A DNA stretch of 64,000 nucleotides, taken from sequence record KJ019142.1, one strand, 5' to 3'. The translations under genes were made by a program, and so were the position numbers. Below, piece by piece: positions 9,365 to 17,332 of this stretch (positions within the stretch are counted from its first letter, which is position 1; the number at the start of each line of letters is the position of its first letter). The notes beneath the pieces were generated by a model. It was given only the letters and a program-made list of their open reading frames with translations. It was not told the origin of the DNA and made no database searches.

Positions 9365-10444
9365 ATGGCTTCAACACTTACACGCCGTCAAGGCGCATCT
9401 ATCTGGGATCAGTTTTGTTCCTGGGTCACATCAACCAACAATCGTCTTTACGTCGGTTGGTTCGGTGTTCTAATGATTCCTACATTGTTAGCCGCAACTG
9501 TATGTTTCATTATCGCTTTCGTGGGTGCTCCCCCAGTGGACATCGACGGAATCCGTGAACCAGTAGCTGGTTCACTCATGTATGGAAACAACATCATCTC
9601 TGGTGCAGTTGTTCCTAGTTCAAACGCAATCGGTCTACACTTCTACCCAATCTGGGAAGCAGCCACACTCGACGAATGGCTCTACAACGGTGGTCCTTTC
9701 CAACTAGTTGTCTTCCACTTCCTTATTGGTATCTACGCCTATATGGGACGTGAGTGGGAACTCTCTTATCGTTTAGGTATGAGACCTTGGATCTGTGTAG
9801 CATACTCTGCACCAGTTGCAGCAGCTTCAGCAGTATTCCTAGTCTATCCTTTCGGTCAAGGTTCATTCTCAGACGCGATGCCCTTGGGTATCTCTGGAAC
9901 ATTCAACTACATGTTGGTCTTCCAAGCAGAACATAACATCTTGATGCACCCCTTCCACATGTTGGGAGTCGCAGGTGTCTTCGGTGGTTCATTGTTCTCA
10001 GCGATGCATGGTTCACTTGTTACCTCTTCACTTGTCCGTGAGACAACTGAAACTGAGTCACAGAACTATGGTTACAAGTTCGGCCAAGAAGAAGAGACCT
10101 ATAACATCGTGGCAGCCCATGGCTACTTCGGTCGTTTGATCTTCCAATACGCTTCATTCAACAACTCACGCTCACTCCACTTCTTCTTAGCCGCATGGCC
10201 AGTTGTGGGTATCTGGTTCACCGCACTTGGTGTTTCCACAATGGCATTCAACCTCAATGGTTTCAACTTCAACCAGTCTGTTATCGACGGACAAGGTAGA
10301 GTATTGAACACCTGGGCGGATGTTCTTAACAGAGCTGGTCTTGGGATGGAAGTAATGCATGAGAGAAATGCACACAACTTCCCACTAGATTTGGCAGCAG
10401 CTGAGTCCACACCAGTGGCTCTAATTGCACCATCTGTTGGTTGA
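9365..10444 (+). CDS. psbA: photosystem II D1 protein, uninterrupted
   Basis: Full-length D1 sequence; MGREWELS (Glu130 form), [17 protein letters not shown]. Confidence 0.99.
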   Translation: MASTLTRRQGASIWDQFCSWVTSTNNRLYVGWFGVLMIPTLLAATVCFIIAFVGAPPVDIDGIREPVAGSLMYGNNIISGAVVPSSNAIGLHFYPIWEAATLDEWLYNGGPFQLVVFHFLIGIYAYMGREWELSYRLGMRPWICVAYSAPVAAASAVFLVYPFGQGSFSDAMPLGISGTFNYMLVFQAEHNILMHPFHMLGVAGVFGGSLFSAMHGSLVTSSLVRETTETESQNYGYKFGQEEETYNIVAAHGYFGRLIFQYASFNNSRSLHFFLAAWPVVGIWFTALGVSTMAFNLNGFNFNQSVIDGQGRVLNTWADVLNRAGLGMEVMHERNAHNFPLDLAAAESTPVALIAPSVG

Positions 10445-10465
10445 TCACTCAACCTGTGGTATGAT

Positions 10466-10499
10466 AAAGGGGGACTTCGGTCCCCTTTCTTTTTCTTTT
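10466..10499 (+). terminator. rho-independent terminator
   Basis: GGGGAC-TTCG-GTCCCC followed by a T-rich tail. Confidence 0.9.
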
Positions 10500-10514
10500 G
10501 TAATGTAAAGTTTT

Positions 10515-10745
10515 ATGTCTCACGATCTAATCGAATTGCTCACTTACTATGTGATCGGTGGTGCCCTTATCATAGGACCACCCGCTATCTTTCTCATCAT
10601 TGCTATGATGGCAGCACTCCAAAATACGAAAGGTCGCATGGTTGGATACAAAGATCACAAAACTTATGGTGATTCATCCATCTACGATCCGGCACCAAAA
10701 TTGCCAGTAGATCAAACAAAATTCTTCCTGGAACTTAACAACTGA
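10515..10745 (+). CDS. small membrane hypothetical protein
   Basis: 76 aa with one TM-like segment. Confidence 0.7.
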   Translation: MSHDLIELLTYYVIGGALIIGPPAIFLIIAMMAALQNTKGRMVGYKDHKTYGDSSIYDPAPKLPVDQTKFFLELNN

Positions 10746-10756
10746 GGTAAACAAAA

Positions 10757-10804
10757 ATGACGACAAGTACACTTACAACACCACAAAGGGGGTGTATTCG
10801 TTAG
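10757..10804 (+). pseudogene. psbD: orphaned 5' fragment of psbD
   Basis: GAGG RBS then MTTSTLTTPQRG(CIR*), matching the usual cyanophage D2 N-terminus (MxxSTLxxxxRGWFD) up to the Trp codon. Confidence 0.7.
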
Positions 10805-10838
10805 TCTGGAAGCAACTGACACAAATACCATAGGGGTA

Positions 10839-10868
10839 TTGGCAAAACCCAAAAATATGTGTTATACT
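10839..10868 (+). promoter_or_regulatory. sigma70-like promoter
   Basis: TTGGCA-N18-TATACT with extended -10. Confidence 0.5.
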
Positions 10869-11112
10869 GGGTAGGGATAGGTAGAGTATTCAGGGGTGAA
10901 AAGACTACCTATACCCCCCAATAATACACAGCAATAATACACAGAGAATACTTATAATAAAACCCCTACGGGGTTTGCCTACGGGCAACTGAAAGAGATA
11001 TATGTATAGGGGCAACTGATATAACTGCTATGCCCGCTACGCCAACCTGAAAAACCACAAAGGTAGTATAACACCAGAAGTAGTTATTGGCAACTATCTA
11101 GAAACTATCTAG

Positions 11113-11141
11113 TTGCCGCAGGGGTTTTTATGCGTTATAAT
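11113..11141 (+). promoter_or_regulatory. sigma70-like promoter of the acidic ORF-HNH pair
   Basis: TTGCCG-N17-TATAAT. Confidence 0.7.
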
Positions 11142-11164
11142 AATAATACCCTGAATACAAAACT

Positions 11165-11329
11165 ATGAGTATGATAAAACAGCGCCTGTATGAGGTAGAT
11201 ATTGCCCCAACAGAAGAAGATATGGCAGAGTATGAGTTATACTGCTACTACCAAGATATGGTAGAGCGGTATAATACTACCGCCCCAGAGAAGTTTTTAG
11301 AAGAGGCGTTTGGTGAAGAGGTAGAGTGA
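11165..11329 (+). CDS. small highly acidic protein (54 aa)
   Basis: Manually read MSMIKQRLYEVDIAPTEEDMAEYELYCYYQDMVERYNTTAPEKFLEEAFGEEVE; GTGA overlap with the HNH start. Confidence 0.7.
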   Translation: MSMIKQRLYEVDIAPTEEDMAEYELYCYYQDMVERYNTTAPEKFLEEAFGEEVE

Positions 11330-11958
11330 AGCAACTAATACAAAACCCAAACAACTATACAATAACCCCAGAGGGGGTTGTATTATCTAACAAATACAAA
11401 CGCCCCCTATCACTACAATATGATAGAGGGGGCAACCCCTTCTACCAGATAAAACGCCTAGGGGGTGGTAGTAGGCAACAACTATACCAAAACAAACTAC
11501 TACCCCAACACTACCCCTTCTACTGGATAAACCAGTTAGAAGAGGGTGAAGAGTGTAGGAATATAACTTATATCTACCAACACCCTATGCCCCCCTACAA
11601 ATACTTTATAACCAACAGAGGTAGGGTTTGGAGCAACATATCTAATAGGTTTTTAGAAACCCAACACAACTATGGTAGGGGTGGATACTATGATAGAATA
11701 ACCATAGATACACACTCTGTGAATACACACTGGTTGGTAGGTAGATACTTTTTAGAGAACTGGTATGCTGGTTGCTTTGTTTGCCATAGGTGTGAAACTC
11801 TACCCTACCCAAACAGAAACTACCCTACTAACCTGTGGGTAGGCAACAACAGCAGCAACCAGTTAGATAGTGAGAGCAAGCAGAGAACACTACACAGAAG
11901 AAAGAGAGTGAGTGAGTGTATGAGAGGCAACCAAAACTGGCGGGGCAAACACAAATAA
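11326..11958 (+). CDS. HNH homing endonuclease (NUMOD4/I-HmuI-like)
   Basis: Two YxITxxGxVxS NUMOD4-like segments, HWLVGRYF, VCHR...NYPTNLWVGNNSSN HNH core, basic C-terminal tail. Confidence 0.8.
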   Translation: MKQLIQNPNNYTITPEGVVLSNKYKRPLSLQYDRGGNPFYQIKRLGGGSRQQLYQNKLLPQHYPFYWINQLEEGEECRNITYIYQHPMPPYKYFITNRGRVWSNISNRFLETQHNYGRGGYYDRITIDTHSVNTHWLVGRYFLENWYAGCFVCHRCETLPYPNRNYPTNLWVGNNSSNQLDSESKQRTLHRRKRVSECMRGNQNWRGKHK

Positions 11959-12015
11959 CACACAAACTCTGTATAACTGCTCTACTACGCTTTCTAACCT
12001 AGCACTTTGTTGCTC

Positions 12016-12057
12016 TGGACTAACAGGGAGTTATGTGTTATAATATAAACATAAATA
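12016..12057 (+). promoter_or_regulatory. dual early and late promoter for psbD
   Basis: TGGACT-N17-TATAAT (12016-12044) and CATAAATA (12050-12057); same layout as the psbA promoter. Confidence 0.65.
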
Positions 12058-12077
12058 CATATAACTTCACAAAAACT

Positions 12078-13136
12078 ATGACTGCTTCACTTGCACCCCC
12101 AAAAAGCAACGGGGGTTGGTATGATATTTTAGAAGACTGGTTGCAGAAAGATAGGTTTGTCTTTATTGGCTGGTCTGGATTACTACTTCTTCCCACTGCT
12201 TATCTTGCCATTGGCGGCTGGCTTACTGGCACAACTTTTGTCACGAGTTGGTACACCCATGGTCTTGCTTCTTCCTATCTTGAGGGTGCTAACTTTCTCA
12301 CGGCGGCTGTCTCGACTCCTGCTGATGCTATGGGTCATTCTCTTCTTCTACTTTGGGGTCCTGAATCTCAGGGCGACTTCCAGCGGTGGCTCCAACTTGG
12401 AGGGCTTTGGTCCTTTGTTGCTCTCCACGGTGCCTTCGCTTTAATTGGATTCATGCTTCGTCAGTTTGAACTGTCACGACTCATTGGTATCCGTCCCTAC
12501 AACGCTATTGCATTCAGTGGTCCTATCGCTGTATTTGTCAGTGTGTTTCTTCTATACCCACTAGGTCAATCTTCCTGGTTCTTTGCCCCCTCCTTTGGTG
12601 TGGCAGCAATCTTTAGATTCCTATTGTTTCTTCAGGGTTTCCACAACTGGACACTGAACCCCTTCCATATGATGGGAGTTGCTGGTATACTAGGTGGAGC
12701 ACTACTATCTGCAATCCATGGCGTTACTGTTGAAAATACCCTATATGAAGATGGAGAACAGAATAACACCTTCACTGCGTTCGATTCCACCCAGGAGGAA
12801 GAGACCTATTCGATGGTTACTGCGAACCGCTTCTGGTCGCAAATCTTCGGGGTTGCGTTTAGTAATAAGCGTTGGCTTCACTTCTTTATGTTGTTTGTTC
12901 CTGTCATGGGTCTTTGGGTCTCAAGTATTGGGATCATTGGGCTTGCTCTTAATCTTCGTGCTTATGATTTTGTGAGCCAAGAGATTAGAGCAGCAGAAGA
13001 TCCTGAGTTTGAAACTTTCTACACAAAGAACATCCTTCTTAACGAAGGACTAAGAGCATGGATGGCACCTGTGGATCAACCACATGAGTCATTTGTATTC
13101 CCAGAAGAAGTTCTACCTAGAGGTAACGCATTGTGA
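12078..13136 (+). CDS. psbD: photosystem II D2 protein
   Basis: Full D2 from [34 protein letters not shown] to [10 protein letters not shown]. Confidence 0.98.
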   Translation: MTASLAPPKSNGGWYDILEDWLQKDRFVFIGWSGLLLLPTAYLAIGGWLTGTTFVTSWYTHGLASSYLEGANFLTAAVSTPADAMGHSLLLLWGPESQGDFQRWLQLGGLWSFVALHGAFALIGFMLRQFELSRLIGIRPYNAIAFSGPIAVFVSVFLLYPLGQSSWFFAPSFGVAAIFRFLLFLQGFHNWTLNPFHMMGVAGILGGALLSAIHGVTVENTLYEDGEQNNTFTAFDSTQEEETYSMVTANRFWSQIFGVAFSNKRWLHFFMLFVPVMGLWVSSIGIIGLALNLRAYDFVSQEIRAAEDPEFETFYTKNILLNEGLRAWMAPVDQPHESFVFPEEVLPRGNAL

Positions 13137-13378
13137 TTAACGCACTCTTCACTTTTATATTTGCTGCGGTGATGTGGGTGCAAGTCCCACAGTGGCAGGA
13201 TGATTGGTCTAAGTGCGCAGTAGATGTACCTGATGTTCAATGTCATTGGTATATCACAGCACCCGATAGCACCATGGGTGAAGGATTTAGTTGGGCGAAT
13301 GCCCCTTGGTTCAGTGCTGAAGGTCTCCTTGATATTGGAGAACTTCACAACACAGTTCAATCACTTCAGGAGGCATGA
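13133..13378 (+). CDS. hypothetical protein with hydrophobic N-terminus
   Basis: 81 aa; overlaps the psbD stop. Confidence 0.7.
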   Translation: MINALFTFIFAAVMWVQVPQWQDDWSKCAVDVPDVQCHWYITAPDSTMGEGFSWANAPWFSAEGLLDIGELHNTVQSLQEA

Positions 13379-13590
13379 TGAATATATTATTTTTAGTATT
13401 ATACTTCGTCTGTTTCTGTCTCATTGCAGGTGGTGCCGCAGCTATGATGTATGCAAACATACAATCTATCTGGAACACACCACCCGCTCCACCTAAACCA
13501 ATTCATCCTGAGGCACCTGTAGCAGGTGAAGAGGTTATGTATGTCGATCTAACAAGAGAAAAACTGGAAGATTTGTACCATGAACATTGA
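13375..13590 (+). CDS. small membrane hypothetical protein (DUF2973-like)
   Basis: TM helix then HPEAP..GEEVMYVDL. Confidence 0.6.
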   Translation: MMNILFLVLYFVCFCLIAGGAAAMMYANIQSIWNTPPAPPKPIHPEAPVAGEEVMYVDLTREKLEDLYHEH

Positions 13591-13702
13591 ATACCTTTTA
13601 GGTTGGGTTGCTATTCTTGTTTTGTTTATAGCAACACAGAATACTGATGATGACGATGATCCAGAAGGTGGTATGATGGTTCCTTCCACTCAATCTACAT
13701 AA
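13580..13702 (+). CDS. small membrane protein (40 aa)
   Basis: Manually read MNIEYLLGWVAILVLFIATQNTDDDDDPEGGMMVP. Confidence 0.65.
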   Translation: MNIEYLLGWVAILVLFIATQNTDDDDDPEGGMMVPSTQST

Positions 13703-13710
13703 CAAAACTA

Positions 13711-13740
13711 CAAGGGGATTGCTAACAATCCTCTTTTTTT
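13711..13740 (+). terminator. rho-independent terminator
   Basis: AAGGGGATTG-ctaa-CAATCCTCTT followed by a T run. Confidence 0.75.
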
Positions 13741-13824
13741 GTATCGTTATTTTGTTTGATTGTTATATATTGTGTGTATTCTCACACAAACCATATACAT
13801 AGAGTGTAGAACAAGAGGAGTATT

Positions 13825-14025
13825 ATGTTATCACATAATCTTATTTCGCATAACCAATTAGAAGGTTGGCGAGAATCTTTTCAGAAGATAGATAAATCTA
13901 CCAATAGAACAACAGACGAACTAAACCTAATTAATGATTACTATGATTGCTTAATAGAGTGTGATGATAACCAATCAGCATGTAAGCGTATCTGTAAACA
14001 TGTATTGACATCTCCACCAATTTAA
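13825..14025 (+). CDS. small Cys-motif hypothetical protein
   Basis: MLSHNLISHNQL...DYYDCLIECDDNQSACKRIC. Confidence 0.7.
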   Translation: MLSHNLISHNQLEGWRESFQKIDKSTNRTTDELNLINDYYDCLIECDDNQSACKRICKHVLTSPPI

Positions 14026-14037
14026 ATATGTTAGAAT

Positions 14038-14064
14038 GGAGGGTATAACAACCCTCCTTTTTTT
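14038..14064 (+). terminator. rho-independent terminator
   Basis: GGAGGGT-ataaca-ACCCTCC followed by a T run. Confidence 0.8.
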
Positions 14065-14238
14065 ATGCGATTCGATCTTTCAATAGAGGATTATACTATC
14101 ATCCTCAATGCCCTACATTACTACAAAAAGAAGACAGTAGAGAAGCGGGGCAACTTCAAACAGTATAGCGAGGAGCGAGTCAACGATCTTAGGGACCGAA
14201 TGGCCCACCAAATCGTCTGGGAACAGGGTGAAGAGTAG
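14065..14238 (+). CDS. small hypothetical protein (57 aa)
   Basis: Manually read MRFDLSIEDYTIILNALHYYKK... Confidence 0.65.
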   Translation: MRFDLSIEDYTIILNALHYYKKKTVEKRGNFKQYSEERVNDLRDRMAHQIVWEQGEE

Positions 14239-14353
14239 CAAATACCACCGTTTTCAGGAACCTCTCACCAAACCTTTGGGATACACTATGGAAAAACGGG
14301 TTGTTGATCGCCTATAATAAGGGGGTAGAACACAACTGGAGAGAAAATCCACT

Positions 14354-14737
14354 ATGAAAATCCAACAATCAATGCTTCGTCGTCTCGCCGCTAAGAAGGG
14401 GAAGAAGCAGAACGGATTCACACTAATTGAACTGATGGTGGTTGTTGCTATCGTTGGTGTATTGTCGGCTGTTGGTCTCCCTCAGCTATTGAAAGCACAA
14501 GACCGAGCAAAGATCTCAGTAGCACAACAGGAAGCAGTCAACTACGCTAAAGAGTGTTCTATCTCCATCCTTACAGGTGGTGATGGTCCTGTCGTTGCTA
14601 ACTTTTCAACAGTTCCTGCCGACCAAACCTGTGCCGCTGGTACTGATGTAACCGCTTTATCTGATACTGAGACAGTAGTAACCTGGACAGTAGAAATGGA
14701 AGGCGGCATCCCTGGCGTTCCTTCTTCCGATGAGTGA
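14354..14737 (+). CDS. pilA: type IV pilin (prepilin with class III signal)
   Basis: Basic 21 aa leader, then G|FTLIELMVVVAIVGVLSAVGLP with Glu at +5; two Cys. Confidence 0.9.
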   Translation: MKIQQSMLRRLAAKKGKKQNGFTLIELMVVVAIVGVLSAVGLPQLLKAQDRAKISVAQQEAVNYAKECSISILTGGDGPVVANFSTVPADQTCAAGTDVTALSDTETVVTWTVEMEGGIPGVPSSDE

Positions 14738-14743
14738 TCTATT

Positions 14744-15307
14744 ATGAACCTAATGTCCACCATGGTGGGACTTAGCATCATGGGGGCTTCTGCCCCCGCT
14801 ATGATGAAAATGTCCATGGCACCATATGAAGCACAACTAAGAGCACAAAACCTAGGTGTAGCCGAAACTGCTGCTGTAGTATTCGCCGCTACTTACGAAG
14901 GTAAGCTCGAACTCCCAGAAGATACAGACACCTGTGTATCAAAACTACGTGAAGGTACTGCAAACGCTTTTAGCGTTACCTGTACTGAAGGTGATGGTAG
15001 GTATGTTCAGTCTGTAACTCGTGCATTCCGTCTAGCTGTTCCCGATGAAGGACTAGACGGTGGTAATGCAACTGATACAAGCAGAGAGTTTGCATTTGAA
15101 ACTCCTACTCGTTTCTCAGGACACCAATGTCCTGGTTATGATTCCTGGGGAGTCAACGGTTACAATGACAAAAACTACTCTGCCTTAGGTGGAGCTTGTA
15201 TTCCTAACGATGGATGGAATCAAACTAATTATCAGTTCTCTGATCCAGACGCTTGGCTTTATGACATCAACAACCGTAATGGTTGGGGAGCACATCCTGA
15301 CTACTAA
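14744..15307 (+). CDS. pilin-like / pilin-associated secreted protein
   Basis: Hydrophobic N-terminus MNLMSTMVGLSIMGASAP, then AQLRAQNLGVAE and four Cys; directly follows the pilin. Confidence 0.5.
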   Translation: MNLMSTMVGLSIMGASAPAMMKMSMAPYEAQLRAQNLGVAETAAVVFAATYEGKLELPEDTDTCVSKLREGTANAFSVTCTEGDGRYVQSVTRAFRLAVPDEGLDGGNATDTSREFAFETPTRFSGHQCPGYDSWGVNGYNDKNYSALGGACIPNDGWNQTNYQFSDPDAWLYDINNRNGWGAHPDY

Positions 15308-15489
15308 TGATTGAGTTACTCGCATCTAGCATTATCATTTACGGTAATGCCAACGGGGTGTGGTCTCCCTCACATCCCGATATTTATCCTTATTCAGAAC
15401 CACCTACACGAGTAGAAAAACCTGAAACTCCAAAAACATCTACGACTAGCGGAAATGGAGATATCATTTTCCCTCAACTATTAGAATAA
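15307..15489 (+). CDS. hypothetical protein
   Basis: 60 aa; one-base overlap with the preceding stop. Confidence 0.55.
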   Translation: MIELLASSIIIYGNANGVWSPSHPDIYPYSEPPTRVEKPETPKTSTTSGNGDIIFPQLLE

Positions 15490-15510
15490 CTAAAACTAGG
15501 AAACACACAC

Positions 15511-15534
15511 AGGAGGGCAACCCTCCTTTTTTTG
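15511..15534 (+). terminator. rho-independent terminator
   Basis: AGGAGGG-caa-CCCTCCT followed by a T run. Confidence 0.8.
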
Positions 15535-15548
15535 TGCTATAATTACTA

Positions 15549-15848
15549 GTGAGTTGTGAGACTACTATGGATGAAAGAATAAGAACTTTATATGTCTTTC
15601 AGTCGGATGATCGTCTCATAACTCATGACGGGCATGTTCAACTAGGTTGTCACAACATGACTATGGAAGAGTTTATGTCTTTCGATAGGGAGAATATCCG
15701 ATACATCGAAACCTACTGGTTGCCTGATGTATTTGGAAATAGGTATAAGCGTTCTAACTTCCAAGCACACCAGAGGGTATCTGGGGAGAAGGGTGTATTA
15801 GAACTATCTAATAACCAACCAGGAAACAGACTTGATAGGTCTGTATAA
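15549..15848 (+). CDS. hypothetical protein
   Basis: 99 aa ORF downstream of a GTGCTATAAT -10 box. Confidence 0.6.
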   Translation: MSCETTMDERIRTLYVFQSDDRLITHDGHVQLGCHNMTMEEFMSFDRENIRYIETYWLPDVFGNRYKRSNFQAHQRVSGEKGVLELSNNQPGNRLDRSV

Positions 15849-15876
15849 GGCACCTATATACACAAAAAGGATTCCT

Positions 15877-16086
15877 ATGGGACCTATAATTGTATTTGCT
15901 TGTTTTCTACCTATAGTTGCTATATTCATTGTAATAAAACTAGCTGTTTGGGTAGAAGCTGTTAACTCCGAAACAAACTATGTCAGAGAAGAACCTTCAA
16001 GACAACGAGGACCTTGGGTGGAAAACCCATATGAGGATATTGATGTTGAGGAAGAGGAGTATGGAGATCGCACAGACTATCGATGA
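15877..16086 (+). CDS. small membrane hypothetical protein
   Basis: MGPIIVFACFLP...; N-terminal TM helix. Confidence 0.6.
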   Translation: MGPIIVFACFLPIVAIFIVIKLAVWVEAVNSETNYVREEPSRQRGPWVENPYEDIDVEEEEYGDRTDYR

Positions 16087-16213
16087 AGCGATTAACGACT
16101 ATTATTCGCTTCATGGACTCCCTGTTCCCGATTGGAAACTGAAAAAGAATCCAGACTGGTGGATTGAATACTTACTTTCTCTTGGATTAACTGATAACAA
16201 TGAACCCCTTTAA
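16061..16213 (+). CDS. small hypothetical protein
   Basis: MEIAQTIDEAINDYYSLHGLPVPDWK..., with GAGG upstream. Confidence 0.6.
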   Translation: MEIAQTIDEAINDYYSLHGLPVPDWKLKKNPDWWIEYLLSLGLTDNNEPL

Positions 16214-16370
16214 GATACTCGGACCTTTCCTAAACCTATTGGTGGTGTATAGTCTATGGTATTCTGACTTATACAGTAGGAATCGATACTACGCATATGG
16301 TATTGTATTACTACACATTCTCGTACTGGCATCAATTCCAACCATACCCGCAATTCTATATTGGTATTAA
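16200..16370 (+). CDS. small membrane protein (56 aa)
   Basis: Manually read ORF with two hydrophobic segments; fills the gap before talC. Confidence 0.45.
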   Translation: MNPFKILGPFLNLLVVYSLWYSDLYSRNRYYAYGIVLLHILVLASIPTIPAILYWY

Positions 16371-16372
16371 TT

Positions 16373-17023
16373 ATGAAGATCTTTTTAGACACTGCTGACT
16401 TGAATGAGATCAGAGAAGCATCATCCACTGGTTTGATTGATGGGGTGACTACCAACCCAACACTCATTCTAAAGAGTGGTAATGACCTATACTCCACTGC
16501 AAAACTATTACAACTAGAATACCCCACATTTGAGAGTATCTCCACTGAGGTGGTTGCAGACACCGCAGAGGAGATGGTAGAGCAGGCACGTCAGTATCTT
16601 AATATTGGATCTGCAATCACTGTTAAGGTTCCTTGTACTGTAGAGGGTCTTAAGGCGTGTAGAACACTCTCAGAGGAGGGTGTGAAGACCAATGTGACCC
16701 TTGTGTTCTCTGTATCCCAGGCTATCCTGGCAGCTAAGTCAGGAGCCACCTATGTGTCTCCCTTTGTTGGTAGGGTGAATGATAACTCCTTCAGTGGAGT
16801 TGCACTTATCCAAGCTATCTCAGAGACCTTCTCCCTACACAGGGTGAAGACAGAGGTATTGGCAGCTTCAGTTCGTGAAGCAAACCAAGTAGGACGTTGT
16901 TTTGCAGCTGGTGCTGACATTTGCACCATCCCAACCAAAGTATTCTGGAAGATGTACGAGCACATTCTCACAGAGAAAGGTTTAGAACTCTTCCAAAAGG
17001 ACTGGGAGAACTCAGTACGATAA
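16373..17023 (+). CDS. talC: transaldolase (TalC type)
   Basis: MKIFLDTADL, GVTTNPTL, VKVP, NVTLVFS, YVSPFVGR, LAASVR. Confidence 0.95.
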   Translation: MKIFLDTADLNEIREASSTGLIDGVTTNPTLILKSGNDLYSTAKLLQLEYPTFESISTEVVADTAEEMVEQARQYLNIGSAITVKVPCTVEGLKACRTLSEEGVKTNVTLVFSVSQAILAAKSGATYVSPFVGRVNDNSFSGVALIQAISETFSLHRVKTEVLAASVREANQVGRCFAAGADICTIPTKVFWKMYEHILTEKGLELFQKDWENSVR

Positions 17024-17051
17024 AGTGTGAATATCCACACTTTAAGTATTA

Positions 17052-17059
17052 TATAAATA
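17052..17059 (+). promoter_or_regulatory. T4-type late promoter
   Basis: TATAAATA preceded by a perfect 9 bp hairpin TAAAGTGTG/CACACTTTA. Confidence 0.6.
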
Positions 17060-17086
17060 TTAAAGAATACATATTTCTTTGCATAA

Positions 17087-17293
17087 ATGAAACGTCCAGC
17101 CTTTTATTTGGTTGCGAGTGTTGTTATTGTTCAGATGTTAATGGCGGCGGGGGTATTATTTGGTTGTTTTGCACGACCGGATCCCCGTTGTACCGGAGAT
17201 AAGGCATCTGATTTACTGAATAATATTATTGTACAAACTTTCGCACTCTATGCGGCTGAGAAAGTTTCCCATAAAGATGATAAACAAGTATAG
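17087..17293 (+). CDS. small membrane hypothetical protein
   Basis: 68 aa with hydrophobic N-terminus. Confidence 0.6.
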   Translation: MKRPAFYLVASVVIVQMLMAAGVLFGCFARPDPRCTGDKASDLLNNIIVQTFALYAAEKVSHKDDKQV

Positions 17294-17332
17294 TGTGGTA
17301 GAATAGGGGAGAACACCTCCACCTATTTTTTT

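Larger units (their letters stand above)
10777..12167 (+). mobile_element. free-standing homing-endonuclease cassette with replacement psbD 5' end
   Basis: Bounded by the psbD remnant and psbD codon ~30; distinct k-mer composition; contains its own promoters, an acidic ORF and an HNH gene. Confidence 0.65.

Noticed and set aside
9224-10513. ATGTAAAGTT on both sides of psbA (9224 and 10504) as an NtcA/RpaB site or target-site duplication
   Set aside because: The spacing does not fit GTA-N8-TAC or the HLR1 direct repeat, and a 10 bp AT-rich match is weak evidence.
12033-12077. Extended psbD N-terminus from the ORF track
   Set aside because: It overlaps the promoter boxes; ATG 12078 gives a normal D2 length. 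Similar over-extended starts at 5596, 16361, 57034, 58947 and 59936 were also trimmed.
9365-13136. Group I intron in psbA or psbD
   Set aside because: Both reading frames are continuous and full length; the HNH gene is free-standing.
13825-14025. CP12 assignment
   Set aside because: It lacks the AWDxVEEL core and the CP12 cysteine spacing.
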